Part shown: one piece after another, positions 11,001 through 20,575 of the stretch
Position numbering within the stretch: the stretch's first letter is position 1
How the letters are laid out: each line of letters starts with the position of its first letter
IMG/VR virus record: IMGVR_UViG_3300042305_001986
Coordinates: 32,001-96,000 of that record
Strand: one strand, 5' to 3'
DNA length: 64,000 nt
DNA from: a virus
Notes under the pieces: model-generated
The model's input: the letters and a program-made list of their open reading frames with translations, nothing else
Database searches by the model: none
What the model was told of the DNA's origin: nothing
Made by a program: the position numbers and the translations under genes

Positions 11001-11893
11001 GTTCCACCACCACTTAATCCTAAAGACTTTGCATATCTTGGTAAACGACAAGCCCAATAAGATGCAGTTGTTTTGTCTTTGGTTGTATGACACTTGTGTC
11101 TTGCAGCAAATGATCTCTTAGCCGCAGGATCTTTTAATTTAACGGCCAAAGATCCACCACCTCCGGCTGCACCAAAGGAAACTTTTTTTACATTACCCGT
11201 CTTTGGATCTTTTACATAAACCTTGAACTTTTTTCCACCACTACCACCTCTCATAGGTTTATTTAATTGAACCTTTTTTCCCTGATATTCAGCTTCATAC
11301 AACATCGGGACATCCAAAGGAACCAATTCCCCTTCATAAAGTTCAAACAATCCGATATCAGTATTTTTGATTAACCATCTGTCCACTTGATTGGTGAAGT
11401 TTTCATAACCTAAACTTCTTGCCTCTCTAAATAAAGAGAAATATTTGTCAGATCCCATCCTAAAAACATTTTCGTGAATTGAAATATTATTATCTATATG
11501 ATATTTCATTTCTTCACTCAAAACAATCTTATTTTCGTTGAGAGTTTTCCACTCAAAAATTGGCTTTTTATCCATAACTGATTCTTTTTTGTATCCTTTT
11601 ATTTGAATTCTTGTTGGTTTTTGTCCCTTCCCTGATTGAGGATCTTTCTTTTCTTTTGCTCTTTTTCTTGCACAAGCGGATTTCTTTTCTTCTTCACTCA
11701 TTTTGGAAGCCACAGATCTAGCCCTACATACAGGATAACCTTTTGTTTCACCCTCATCTCTTCCACAGGGGGGATGACCACCACCTTCCTTTTTTTTACA
11801 TATATTTACCCACGGACCTTGTGGTTGTTTTGATCCTTTAGATTTTTTCTTTTTACCAAACCAAACCGCTAAATCTTCTTTTAACTGAGACAT
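10991..11893 (-). CDS. basic multi-domain phage protein (possible head-internal protein)
   Basis: WFG..GPWVNIC..CGR domain and C-terminal AEYQGKKVQLNKP..KVYVKDPKTGNVKKVSFG..ARHKC..YWAC domain; TATTTAT upstream. Confidence 0.75.
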   Translation of the reverse strand: MSQLKEDLAVWFGKKKKSKGSKQPQGPWVNICKKKEGGGHPPCGRDEGETKGYPVCRARSVASKMSEEEKKSACARKRAKEKKDPQSGKGQKPTRIQIKGYKKESVMDKKPIFEWKTLNENKIVLSEEMKYHIDNNISIHENVFRMGSDKYFSLFREARSLGYENFTNQVDRWLIKNTDIGLFELYEGELVPLDVPMLYEAEYQGKKVQLNKPMRGGSGGKKFKVYVKDPKTGNVKKVSFGAAGGGGSLAVKLKDPAAKRSFAARHKCHTTKDKTTASYWACRLPRYAKSLGLSGGGTWW

Positions 11894-11936
11894 CTTTTTT
11901 ATTGATAAATATAACGAAAAATTGTATTTTTTACCT

Positions 11937-12161
11937 ATGGAAAATCAAGAAGAACAAAAACCACTCGGTATTTTATTCAATACTCTGAATTATTACACAA
12001 TTGATGATTTGAATAAGTTTATAGATAATCTTACTGTTGAACAATCCATGTTCTGTTTGATGTGGTGCTGTGAATACGCACAGGGGAAGGGTATTCTGAG
12101 TTTGGAAGAGGCTGAAATTATAAGTAAATCTATAAGAAAAATCAGAAATTCTGAGGAATAA
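11937..12161 (+). CDS. hypothetical protein
   Basis: 74-aa ORF convergent with MCP. Confidence 0.65.
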   Translation: MENQEEQKPLGILFNTLNYYTIDDLNKFIDNLTVEQSMFCLMWCCEYAQGKGILSLEEAEIISKSIRKIRNSEE

Positions 12162-12191
12162 AAAAAGGGAACCGAAGTTCCCTTTTTCTTT
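12160..12191. terminator. bidirectional intrinsic terminator
   Basis: A-tract, gggaac-cgaa-gttccc, T-tract between convergent genes. Confidence 0.85.
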
Positions 12192-12205
12192 GTGTTATGA
12201 ATTAA

Positions 12206-14059
12206 TTATCTCAATTCTCTAAGGTCAAATGTTCTAACACCATCAACTGTGATTCTACCATAGAATCTGTTGTTCACCATCTTCTTAGCGTATCTAGTCA
12301 TGATACCCTTGATTGGGGTGAAGTTGAATGGGTTATACATAGTTGGTGTCAACTGAAGTGGTACGTATGGTGCGTAAACGTAACCTGTGTCAAGTAATGA
12401 CGTTCCCTTGTGACCAATCAAGATTTGGTTTGGTGGGAAGTATGGGTCACGGTAAACCTGGTATCTACCAGACAATGTACCAACTCTTTCAATACCCATG
12501 TTGTATTGATCCTGTTCAGGAGCTGCGTTTGAAACGTGGAAGTATTCCAAGTCATCAAAAATAGCTGAAACTTCGGACGAAACAACGATCCAGTTAGCAC
12601 CACCTCTCAATGTTGATTTGTGGATTTGTGCAGAAAGTTGGTTGATCGCAGTGATCAATGTTTGGTTCCAATCCTTCTGTGTGTACTGTGTCAATGGGTT
12701 AGCGGTTGTACCTCTCTTCCAACCGTTGTAGTCCCATCTCAACTGCCACGCTGCACCTTTTCTCAAGTCTCTCAAGATTTCTCTATCGATTTCAGCTGCG
12801 ACTTGTTCTGACAACAACGCTGTCAATTCAGCCTCAGCGTCAATGTTGTGGAAAGCGGCAACGTCTTGAGCGAGTTCAGGTGACCATTGTGCTCTCAACT
12901 TTCTTTCGGTTACAGAAACGGTAACTGATTCAAGATCAAATGAAACTTCACCAATCTTATCTTCAAATTCCAATTCCTGATAAACTCTGAAAGTACATTC
13001 AAATTGAGATCCTGCGGTTGCAGTACCTGCAACGGTCAAAGTGAGACCCGAGTAACCATCCAATGATGCCGCTCCGATAGCACATGGTTGTTGTAGATCA
13101 ACTTCCAAGTAGATCAATCCTGTAGCGTCACAGAGGTTGTCGTACGCACCACCGTTTCCAGGGTAAGAACCACTGTAGAAGGTTGTTGATTGTTGTGATC
13201 CGTATTGAACAATACCCTTACCATACTTCTGAGTAACAACTCTGAAAAGAAGATCACCAGATCCCATACCTGAGAACGCACCTGTTGATTTTGCATTGAC
13301 TCTCAAGTCAGAAAGGAAAGATTCGTTGTCCATTTCTTGACCATCAGGTCCGATCAATTTACCAGCACCTGCTGAAGAGAAACCTGACATAACAATCAAA
13401 GCTTTTCTGTAAACAGGACCTCCGTCCGCACCTGTTGCAGCAACTTGTCCACCTGTCAAAGTGTAAGCCCCTGGTATTAATGTACCGTTAGACCAAACAA
13501 CAGTTGTTGCGTTTTTAGTGATCGCGGAGAACGCTCCTTTTGAATAATCAAAAAGACCAGGAGGATCTAAAGCTGCCTCATTACCTTCGTAGAATCTATC
13601 GTAAAGGTTTTTTTGGTTGTTATTGTAACCAGCACTTGATTCTGCTTGAGTTGGTCCGTCAACAGCACCGATAGGTCCGTAGTGAATACCACCTCCATCA
13701 GCATTAGTTCCACCAACCTCATAAGCCTGAATCTTAGGTACGAAGTAGAAAAGTTTACCGATTGGTAAGTTCATCGCCTGAACAGAAACGATATCATTAG
13801 CCAAAAGTTTTGAGAAAACTCTTCTGATGATAGGGAATACAACAGTTTCGAATGAACCTGAAGAATCTGTTGATGCCGCTTCGTTAATTAAGTGAGATGC
13901 TTGGTTCTCATAAAGTTGAGCCATGTTTTCTTTTAGGTGTCCGCCCAATCCTTCCAAGAAACCAAGTTTGTCCCATTTGTTTATAGTGTCTTCTTTGATA
14001 ACTTTAAGGTGCTTAAGACCAATGTTACCAACTAAACCACTTTCTAATAATGCTCCCAT
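12206..14059 (-). CDS. gp23: major capsid protein (T4 gp23-like)
   Basis: VSVQAMNLPIGKLFY, RKLRAQWSPELAQD, ELTALLSEQVAAEIDREIL, GYVYAPYVPL, GIMTRYA motifs. Confidence 0.97.
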   Translation of the reverse strand: MGALLESGLVGNIGLKHLKVIKEDTINKWDKLGFLEGLGGHLKENMAQLYENQASHLINEAASTDSSGSFETVVFPIIRRVFSKLLANDIVSVQAMNLPIGKLFYFVPKIQAYEVGGTNADGGGIHYGPIGAVDGPTQAESSAGYNNNQKNLYDRFYEGNEAALDPPGLFDYSKGAFSAITKNATTVVWSNGTLIPGAYTLTGGQVAATGADGGPVYRKALIVMSGFSSAGAGKLIGPDGQEMDNESFLSDLRVNAKSTGAFSGMGSGDLLFRVVTQKYGKGIVQYGSQQSTTFYSGSYPGNGGAYDNLCDATGLIYLEVDLQQPCAIGAASLDGYSGLTLTVAGTATAGSQFECTFRVYQELEFEDKIGEVSFDLESVTVSVTERKLRAQWSPELAQDVAAFHNIDAEAELTALLSEQVAAEIDREILRDLRKGAAWQLRWDYNGWKRGTTANPLTQYTQKDWNQTLITAINQLSAQIHKSTLRGGANWIVVSSEVSAIFDDLEYFHVSNAAPEQDQYNMGIERVGTLSGRYQVYRDPYFPPNQILIGHKGTSLLDTGYVYAPYVPLQLTPTMYNPFNFTPIKGIMTRYAKKMVNNRFYGRITVDGVRTFDLRELR

Positions 14060-14079
14060 GTTAAATTTTTTTGTTTAGT

Positions 14080-15327
14080 TTATTTGTTTATTTTACTCAT
14101 CAAATCTTTCATTCTCAAGAACTGAGCGTTCTCGTATGTTTTAGATTCAACTAAGTTTGTTGAACCTTTTTGTGGTGTTTTTTGAACTTTGTTTACCACA
14201 GATTCGGTTACAACATTTGTAGAGGAAACCAATTCATTCTTAATTGACTTATAGAGATTTTTTGATTCCTTTAATGTCTCTACGTTGTCAAATCTTTTAA
14301 GAATATTGATCTTCTCCTGTTTGGTTGTAGAATGTTCAGTGAACAATCTGGTAGCGTAAGCTAAATTCGAGTTGAAAATCGCAACCTCGTTCAATTTAGT
14401 TCTGAAAAGATCGAGAGCCTTTTTGTACTCTTCATTCTTTTCTTTGAGTTGACTTATTTGTTTCTTATAAGATTCTACCTCTAAATGACGAGGTGCTGCT
14501 TTTGGTTTTGGTAAACCTTTTCTTCCAAAAGCTCTTCCATTACCCAAGGTTCTAGCTGCTTCCTTGGCTTCTTCTTTGTGTGCCTCACCTTCGTGAGCCT
14601 CTTCGTATGTTTCTTCTAACTCAACTTCTTCCTCTTCTTCTTCGTCTTCTTCTTCGTCAAATTCAATTTCGTACATCACTTCTTCTTCATCCATGTCTTC
14701 CATTTCAGAAACTTCCATGTCCTCCATTTCAGAAACATCCATTTCTTCTTCAGATTCATCCATGTCTTCCATTTCGTCAAGGTCCATCATTTCTTCCAAT
14801 TCGTGATCTTCACCTTCCAATTGAATTTCATATTCTACATCTGCATTTTCATCTTTCAAGTGAATTTCGTCATCTTCCTTTTGGACGATAACTCCATCTT
14901 GGTCACCCATCAATTTGAAAACCTTTACGAGTTCTTCATCACTCATGTTTGTGATGTCGATTAAATCTTCGTCTTCCATTTCATCTTCAAAATCCATTTC
15001 GAGTTCTTCGTCATCCATAGATTCCAAATCCTCGTCTCCGAATTCTGCAGGAAGGTCAACGTCCATTTCCTCTTCATCATCAAGGTCGAGTTCAACTTCT
15101 TCTTCTCCCTCATCCCCCATCTCGGTGTCGAGTTCAAGATCAAGTTCATCTTCCTCTTCCTGTTCTTTAACCTCTTCAGTGTCACCACCTAAAGATTCTT
15201 TTACTAAAGACTTGATTTCTTCCTTCATAACTGAAGCAAGTATTCCTTTTGTGTTTTTTGCAATAGACTCTTCTAAGTTCTTCAACTGTAAGAGTGTATC
15301 GTCTAATAGAATTTCTTTTTTGTTCAT
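14080..15327 (-). CDS. prohead scaffold/core protein (gp22-like)
   Basis: Extremely acidic, coiled-coil C-terminus, directly upstream of MCP, many LxE/IxE sites. Confidence 0.8.
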   Translation of the reverse strand: MNKKEILLDDTLLQLKNLEESIAKNTKGILASVMKEEIKSLVKESLGGDTEEVKEQEEEDELDLELDTEMGDEGEEEVELDLDDEEEMDVDLPAEFGDEDLESMDDEELEMDFEDEMEDEDLIDITNMSDEELVKVFKLMGDQDGVIVQKEDDEIHLKDENADVEYEIQLEGEDHELEEMMDLDEMEDMDESEEEMDVSEMEDMEVSEMEDMDEEEVMYEIEFDEEEDEEEEEEVELEETYEEAHEGEAHKEEAKEAARTLGNGRAFGRKGLPKPKAAPRHLEVESYKKQISQLKEKNEEYKKALDLFRTKLNEVAIFNSNLAYATRLFTEHSTTKQEKINILKRFDNVETLKESKNLYKSIKNELVSSTNVVTESVVNKVQKTPQKGSTNLVESKTYENAQFLRMKDLMSKINK

Positions 15328-15413
15328 TTTCTATTTAAGTAGATTTATTTTTCTTAATAAATATACCTATCTATAGAAAAATTTAATTTTTTTTGTATAT
15401 TGATAAAATTAAA

Positions 15414-15448
15414 TAAAAAAAGGGGTCATTTGACCCCTCTTTTATTTT
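15414..15448 (-). terminator. intrinsic terminator
   Basis: aggggtca-tt-tgacccct inverted repeat flanked by A/T tracts. Confidence 0.7.
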
Positions 15449-15654
15449 TCAATTACTTCGTTGATTTTACTTTCAATTACACTTGTGATTCTCCAATCTT
15501 CAGTGTACCTTTCAAAAATCTTTGTAACTTTTGCTTCAACATCGGTTACACTAAAACCCCTCACCAATTTCTCTTCTCTTGTTTTTTTGGTTTTACCAGT
15601 TTGAATATCTACTGTTTCAAATTGGATTTTTGCAATGAAATATTTTTCGTCCAT
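15442..15654 (-). CDS. DUF4494-like protein
   Basis: YFIAKIQFE...KTREEKLVRGFSVTDVEAKV pattern resembles the Bacteroidota DUF4494 family. Confidence 0.65.
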   Translation of the reverse strand: MDEKYFIAKIQFETVDIQTGKTKKTREEKLVRGFSVTDVEAKVTKIFERYTEDWRITSVIESKINEVIEK

Positions 15655-15664
15655 AATTAATTAT

Positions 15665-16393
15665 TTATCTTCCTAAAAAATCGGAAAGTTTGTTCATTAA
15701 ATCAAGAGACTTACCCAATCCTTTTTCAGATTCTGGTTTTCTTAAATTTCTTTCTTCTTCTATGTTTTCCTCAAAGTTGAATTTATCTTCAGGTTTGTCA
15801 AAAAGATATGCTCCTGGTGTGGATGGTGAACTAACTAAATCAAAACAGATTAACTCAAAGTCGTCTTGTACTTCATTTTGTTCTCCCTTCTTTTTTAAAG
15901 TCCCCACCCCTCTTGAAGATATACCCATCGTACATCCTTGTCTCATAAGGTTTGCTGCGATGTCACCAGGTGTAGAAACAATACCTGTTTCGTGAAACGC
16001 TGGTGAGGTTAGAAGTCTTAATTTACCCATCAAGGTATTTCCGTCCCACCATACATCATCAATAATGTGTGAAACTCTTTCCAAATCTACAATAGATGAT
16101 TCGGGGTGATTCAATTCTGAAAGGGAAGTTCCCTTTTGAATCATTCTCTTATAATTTTCTGCTTCTCTTTTTAATATTTTTTCGGGATATAATCTTCCGT
16201 TTCTATTTGGAGTATCAAACTTTTGAAGAACAGCATAGAATATAAATGGTCTGGAATGATCTCTCATTGACTTGGATTCCATGATAACCTTTTCGTTTTC
16301 AGGATGATTTGGTGAGATATATCCCGCGTCATGCTCTACCAAAATACCTTTACCGGTTTCGTGAGCCTCAAGTACTCTTAGTTGTTCTTTCAT
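15665..16393 (-). CDS. gp21: prohead core protease (T4 gp21-like, peptidase U9)
   Basis: NRNGRLYP, SELNHP, GISSRGVG, FDLVSSPSTPGA. Confidence 0.95.
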   Translation of the reverse strand: MKEQLRVLEAHETGKGILVEHDAGYISPNHPENEKVIMESKSMRDHSRPFIFYAVLQKFDTPNRNGRLYPEKILKREAENYKRMIQKGTSLSELNHPESSIVDLERVSHIIDDVWWDGNTLMGKLRLLTSPAFHETGIVSTPGDIAANLMRQGCTMGISSRGVGTLKKKGEQNEVQDDFELICFDLVSSPSTPGAYLFDKPEDKFNFEENIEEERNLRKPESEKGLGKSLDLMNKLSDFLGR

Positions 16394-17213
16394 TTTTTTT
16401 ACTAGATAAATATGTTGTAATATAATTATTAATGTCTTTTGAGACTTTTCTTATCGAGTTTTCGTCAACTAATGAACCGAATTCAACCTCAATAGAGACA
16501 GTAAAACGTATTAAATAAAACATTCCGTTGTCCCAAGCAAGCTGTGTTGAATTGTCAACTTCACCATTTTCGATTAACTCTTTTGTGTCCTCAGCCAATT
16601 GAGAAATCATTTTGGTGACATTTAAAATATATCCATTTCCATCTTCACGAACACCCGATCCATCGGGGTATCCCAAATAATCACTGATTGTCTGAAATAT
16701 TTTGGAATTTATTTTATCTTTTATTGAAATTTTAATTGCTGTTTCTATGAATATACAAATTATAGATTTTTCATAATCCGAAAAATTCTTAATATTTTTT
16801 TTGTTTTCAGAAGATATTACATCATTCCAATAATCATAACAATCTATGTCCCAAAACCCTTGTGTTAACCATCTATCTTCTTTTGTCTCACGATCAAAGA
16901 ATATCTCAAAATCTCTTAACTTATCAATACGATAGAAATATTCATCACCATCCTTTGATAAACCCCTACTATGATCATCCAACACTTCGAATATAAGTTC
17001 ATTAAGTTCCTGATCACCGACAGATGTAACATATTTTAATGTTGATGCTGGATATTGGTGATATAGATCAAGTAAAATAGAGGTAGGAATTGAATCACCA
17101 CTCGATTTAATTTTTTTATAAAAAACTTCAATATTACCACCGAAAAAAGCCTCGATAAATTCTACGAGACTTTTATCGGTTTCTTGTGATAACTCAATAA
17201 ATTTTTCAATCAT
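16368..17213 (-). CDS. hypothetical protein
   Basis: 281-aa ORF with its own TATTTAT motif. Confidence 0.65.
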   Translation of the reverse strand: MIEKFIELSQETDKSLVEFIEAFFGGNIEVFYKKIKSSGDSIPTSILLDLYHQYPASTLKYVTSVGDQELNELIFEVLDDHSRGLSKDGDEYFYRIDKLRDFEIFFDRETKEDRWLTQGFWDIDCYDYWNDVISSENKKNIKNFSDYEKSIICIFIETAIKISIKDKINSKIFQTISDYLGYPDGSGVREDGNGYILNVTKMISQLAEDTKELIENGEVDNSTQLAWDNGMFYLIRFTVSIEVEFGSLVDENSIRKVSKDINNYITTYLSSKKNERTTKST

Positions 17214-17228
17214 ATAAATAAATATAAT

Positions 17229-17681
17229 TTACACCAACAATTTTACGGGTGTTTCCATCTTTGAAAGATGAAATGAAAAATACCTGTTGGATTTAAAACT
17301 ATTTTTTGTAATATATTTACAGATTGTTGTTAATGATTTTTTTAATTGTTCTGATTTGAAATCAATATATTCATCCAAAAATAATGTGATTTCCAAATTC
17401 ATAAAACTCCTCTTCCCTTCCTGAATTCCTGAGGTTCTAAGATCCAAATCGACGATTGTTCTTCCGTTGAATATATTCAGATCTATTGAATCCAATAATT
17501 TGTGTTTAATGTCCCTTCTTAATGTATTGACCACCGATGACCACGATTCAAGATCCGTTATTGGCTCCACCCACGCCTGAATGACCAAATAAATTGATTT
17601 CATAGATTTAAAATCTACCGTTCCATAATTTATTTTGAAATCTTTAAATCCATTAATCTTAATTGATTTTCCCTTCTTCAT
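17229..17681 (-). CDS. hypothetical phage protein
   Basis: 150-aa ORF within the head module. Confidence 0.75.
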   Translation of the reverse strand: MKKGKSIKINGFKDFKINYGTVDFKSMKSIYLVIQAWVEPITDLESWSSVVNTLRRDIKHKLLDSIDLNIFNGRTIVDLDLRTSGIQEGKRSFMNLEITLFLDEYIDFKSEQLKKSLTTICKYITKNSFKSNRYFSFHLSKMETPVKLLV

Positions 17682-17791
17682 AAAATTCCTTCATATGTAA
17701 AAACGTTTATTTTTCGAAAAACATAATAAAAATAAGGGTTATTGTCAAAATTTCGTAAATTCGTTTGTATTTATCGTTACAAATACAACTT

Positions 17792-17977
17792 ATGATAATA
17801 GTAGAGGTAAATAAAAAAAATATAGAGGCCGCTCTGAAAACTTATAAATATAAAGTTTATAAGACCCAAGTTCACAAAAAACTGTGGGAAAATAAAGAAT
17901 ATATTAAAGATTCAGTGAAAAACAGAGAAAAGATGAATAAGGCCATCTATGTAAACGACAAGTTTAAGAAAGATTAA
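17792..17977 (+). CDS. rpsU: ribosomal protein bS21 homologue
   Basis: MIIVEVNKKNIEAALKTYKYKV..KEYIKDSVKNREKMNKAIY matches the bS21 pattern; 61 aa, basic. Confidence 0.85.
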   Translation: MIIVEVNKKNIEAALKTYKYKVYKTQVHKKLWENKEYIKDSVKNREKMNKAIYVNDKFKKD

Positions 17978-18645
17978 ACTATCTCGTTCAAGAATTTCCT
18001 GAGTTCAAACAATGAACGGTGGGATTTATCATAGGACCCCAACTTTGATTTCAACTGATCCAATTTATCTTCTTCTATAGTATTTTTCTCAAATACAGAA
18101 ACAATTTCAGATTTAGTTTCCTCAATTAAGTTTGTCAAATCACCTTCAGTTAATTCCTTCATTTCTTTGAGTAATGAAAGTTCTTCCTCTGAAAGACTTT
18201 CTAAGATTGGTTTGATTTTGGAATTTGCAATATCCACTTGCATAGATAAAGGAAGATAAATGGTTTCGTTTACCTCATCTTTTTTTTGAAGATTTTCCAA
18301 CAAAGAAAGTTTTGTCTGAACCTTTTTTTCTATGTTTGTTGAAAAGATCAAATTATCAATAGATTCGTAGTTATTGAATCCCTCAGACAAATACTTTTGA
18401 ATATCTTTTCTTTTATATAATTCTTTTAATCTATCAATAGATTCATTAAGGAACATTTCACTGAATTCCTTGTCATATCCTTTTTTGAATGACAATTCAT
18501 AATAGATATTTGTCGCCTCTTTCAAGTTCTTATTTTTTAAGACGTGATTCTTAAATTTGGTAAATGAACTTTTGAAGGTTCCTTTTTTATAACCTTCCAC
18601 CAATTCATTTTCGAGTTGGGTGATATAACTTCCTAATGTTTTCAT
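17974..18645 (-). CDS. hypothetical protein (head module)
   Basis: 223-aa helical ORF downstream of portal. Confidence 0.7.
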   Translation of the reverse strand: MKTLGSYITQLENELVEGYKKGTFKSSFTKFKNHVLKNKNLKEATNIYYELSFKKGYDKEFSEMFLNESIDRLKELYKRKDIQKYLSEGFNNYESIDNLIFSTNIEKKVQTKLSLLENLQKKDEVNETIYLPLSMQVDIANSKIKPILESLSEEELSLLKEMKELTEGDLTNLIEETKSEIVSVFEKNTIEEDKLDQLKSKLGSYDKSHRSLFELRKFLNEIV

Positions 18646-18657
18646 ACTAAATAAATA

Positions 18658-20535
18658 TTATGATTTTAGTAACTCGTTCAATTTTTGATCAATCTCCTCT
18701 AAAGATTTTTTAGCTTTGTTAATGTTTAGTTCAACAACACCGTTTAACATACTATCTTCAAGGATTAAATTCTCATCTCTTTCCTTGGATTCGGGAGTTA
18801 CTTCTGCGGTGGGAGTTTCTGTTTCAGCACCACCTGTTTCAGCACCACCTGTTTCAGATGCGGGTTCGGGTGTTGTGGTTCCGCCACCTAAATCACCAAA
18901 ACCACTTAAATCAGGACTTGTTGTTTCTCCACCACCGGGTGTTGTTGCCTCACCAGCACCCGCTTCACCTTCCTCCTTTGGTTTTCCATTACCGTATAAC
19001 TTGTCAATATTGTCAAATATACCTGTTTTAGTAATTACATTCGGAGTTTCCTCAAGTTCCTTAGCTACAGCTTTTTCAATTCTTTGTTGTTGAATATCCA
19101 ACTTAATTTCTTCATCACTGAATCCAAGAATGTGTTTCTTAGCCCAAGAAGCAGATACCGCTTGAATACCATTTCCAGGATCAGTAACCGCGTCTCTGTA
19201 AAGTGCAATTTTAGATTGAAGTTGTTCAATCTTCAACATATCCTGTTGTGTTGATGGGTTTGTTAGACCCAAAGTGAAGTTATTAAGTTCGTCCTCAAAT
19301 CCCAAGATATATAGATGAATAATCGCGATTTTATTCAATTCTTGAATCATCGCTTGTTGAATTCTATTAATGGTTCTTGAGAATCTAATATCCAAAAGAG
19401 AAAGATTCTTACCATCACCAACCACTTCTTCAAAACCAAGGAATGCTTTTGGTATTCTCAAAGCAGTTAACAATTTCTTTTGAATATATTCAATATCCGC
19501 AATTTCACTCAGATTTTGAGCACCCGGTAAAGTATCAATTGGATTTGGTGCGTTTGGATCACGAACAGGAATAAAATAATCTTGGTCTACAGCCATCTGA
19601 TTATATCTCATATCAACATTACCATTCTTGGGATCCACAATTTGGTCTCTCTTGAATTTGTTGGCAACTCTCTGTACATACGCTTCCACATCTTTGTCAT
19701 CCATATTTCCAACAAAAACTTTAAAAACCCTTCTTTCAGGTGCTCTTGATGTTCTATAGATCAACATCGCATCTTCAGACAAAAGAAGTTGTTTCCAAAC
19801 CCTTCTTGCTTTTTCTAACATAGAAGTTCCATAAGGTAATTTTGAGTCGTCACCCAAAAGTCTAAAGTGAGCAACCTCCCACGTATTGAATTCTATATTT
19901 TTATTTTTCCATGTGAAAGTCAAGTGAGTGTTTTCAACACCGGTATTCATTGCAACGGTATTAACAACCATACCCCTCTCAAATCTTTCGATTTCAATAT
20001 TTGGTAGTTGTTGTGCTCCGACAACACCTTGTTCAGGATCAATCTTTAAGTAGAGAAAATTATCACCATACTTACAAGTGTTTCTTGTCCACATAGGTAA
20101 GTTGGTGTTGATGTCCAACTTGTTATTGAACAAGTCGGCCAAAATACTTTTGATTCTATTAGATTCTGAATATATTTGAAGAATAAATCCATTTTCGTTC
20201 GGAGTGGTTGATTCCTCGGCATAAATGTCCAACGCTGCGGATATTTCGGGTGTAAACTCCATAGATTCATAGTCATAATATGAAGCCAACCTTGTTGGTT
20301 CATAATATACGGCTTGTGTGTAAAGATTGTTTTCAACCTTTGACCATTGGTTTGCCAAATACAAACTCTGTTGAGCTTGAAGTTTTTCCTTCTCGTATTC
20401 CCCTTTGGATTTGGTTCTTAAAATTTCTTTTTTATCAAACCTATATTGAGGAACTTGTTGATCCAATGTGGAATCTGGTCCAAAGACCCTTGAAAGTCGT
20501 TGCCAAATTGTATATTGTTGATTAGTTTGTGCCAT
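18658..20535 (-). CDS. gp20: portal protein (T4 gp20-like)
   Basis: PEISAALDIYAEE, EDAMLIYRTSRAPERRVF, DYFIPVR, IDTLPGAQNL, KKLLTALRIP. Confidence 0.97.
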   Translation of the reverse strand: MAQTNQQYTIWQRLSRVFGPDSTLDQQVPQYRFDKKEILRTKSKGEYEKEKLQAQQSLYLANQWSKVENNLYTQAVYYEPTRLASYYDYESMEFTPEISAALDIYAEESTTPNENGFILQIYSESNRIKSILADLFNNKLDINTNLPMWTRNTCKYGDNFLYLKIDPEQGVVGAQQLPNIEIERFERGMVVNTVAMNTGVENTHLTFTWKNKNIEFNTWEVAHFRLLGDDSKLPYGTSMLEKARRVWKQLLLSEDAMLIYRTSRAPERRVFKVFVGNMDDKDVEAYVQRVANKFKRDQIVDPKNGNVDMRYNQMAVDQDYFIPVRDPNAPNPIDTLPGAQNLSEIADIEYIQKKLLTALRIPKAFLGFEEVVGDGKNLSLLDIRFSRTINRIQQAMIQELNKIAIIHLYILGFEDELNNFTLGLTNPSTQQDMLKIEQLQSKIALYRDAVTDPGNGIQAVSASWAKKHILGFSDEEIKLDIQQQRIEKAVAKELEETPNVITKTGIFDNIDKLYGNGKPKEEGEAGAGEATTPGGGETTSPDLSGFGDLGGGTTTPEPASETGGAETGGAETETPTAEVTPESKERDENLILEDSMLNGVVELNINKAKKSLEEIDQKLNELLKS

Positions 20536-20575
20536 AGTAATTAAAATAGTAGTTTTTTCAATAAATACAATATTA

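Noticed and set aside
14580-15376. Ser-rich plus-strand ORFs opposite the scaffold, and similar shadow ORFs elsewhere
   Set aside because: Antisense by-products of acidic, low-complexity genuine genes.
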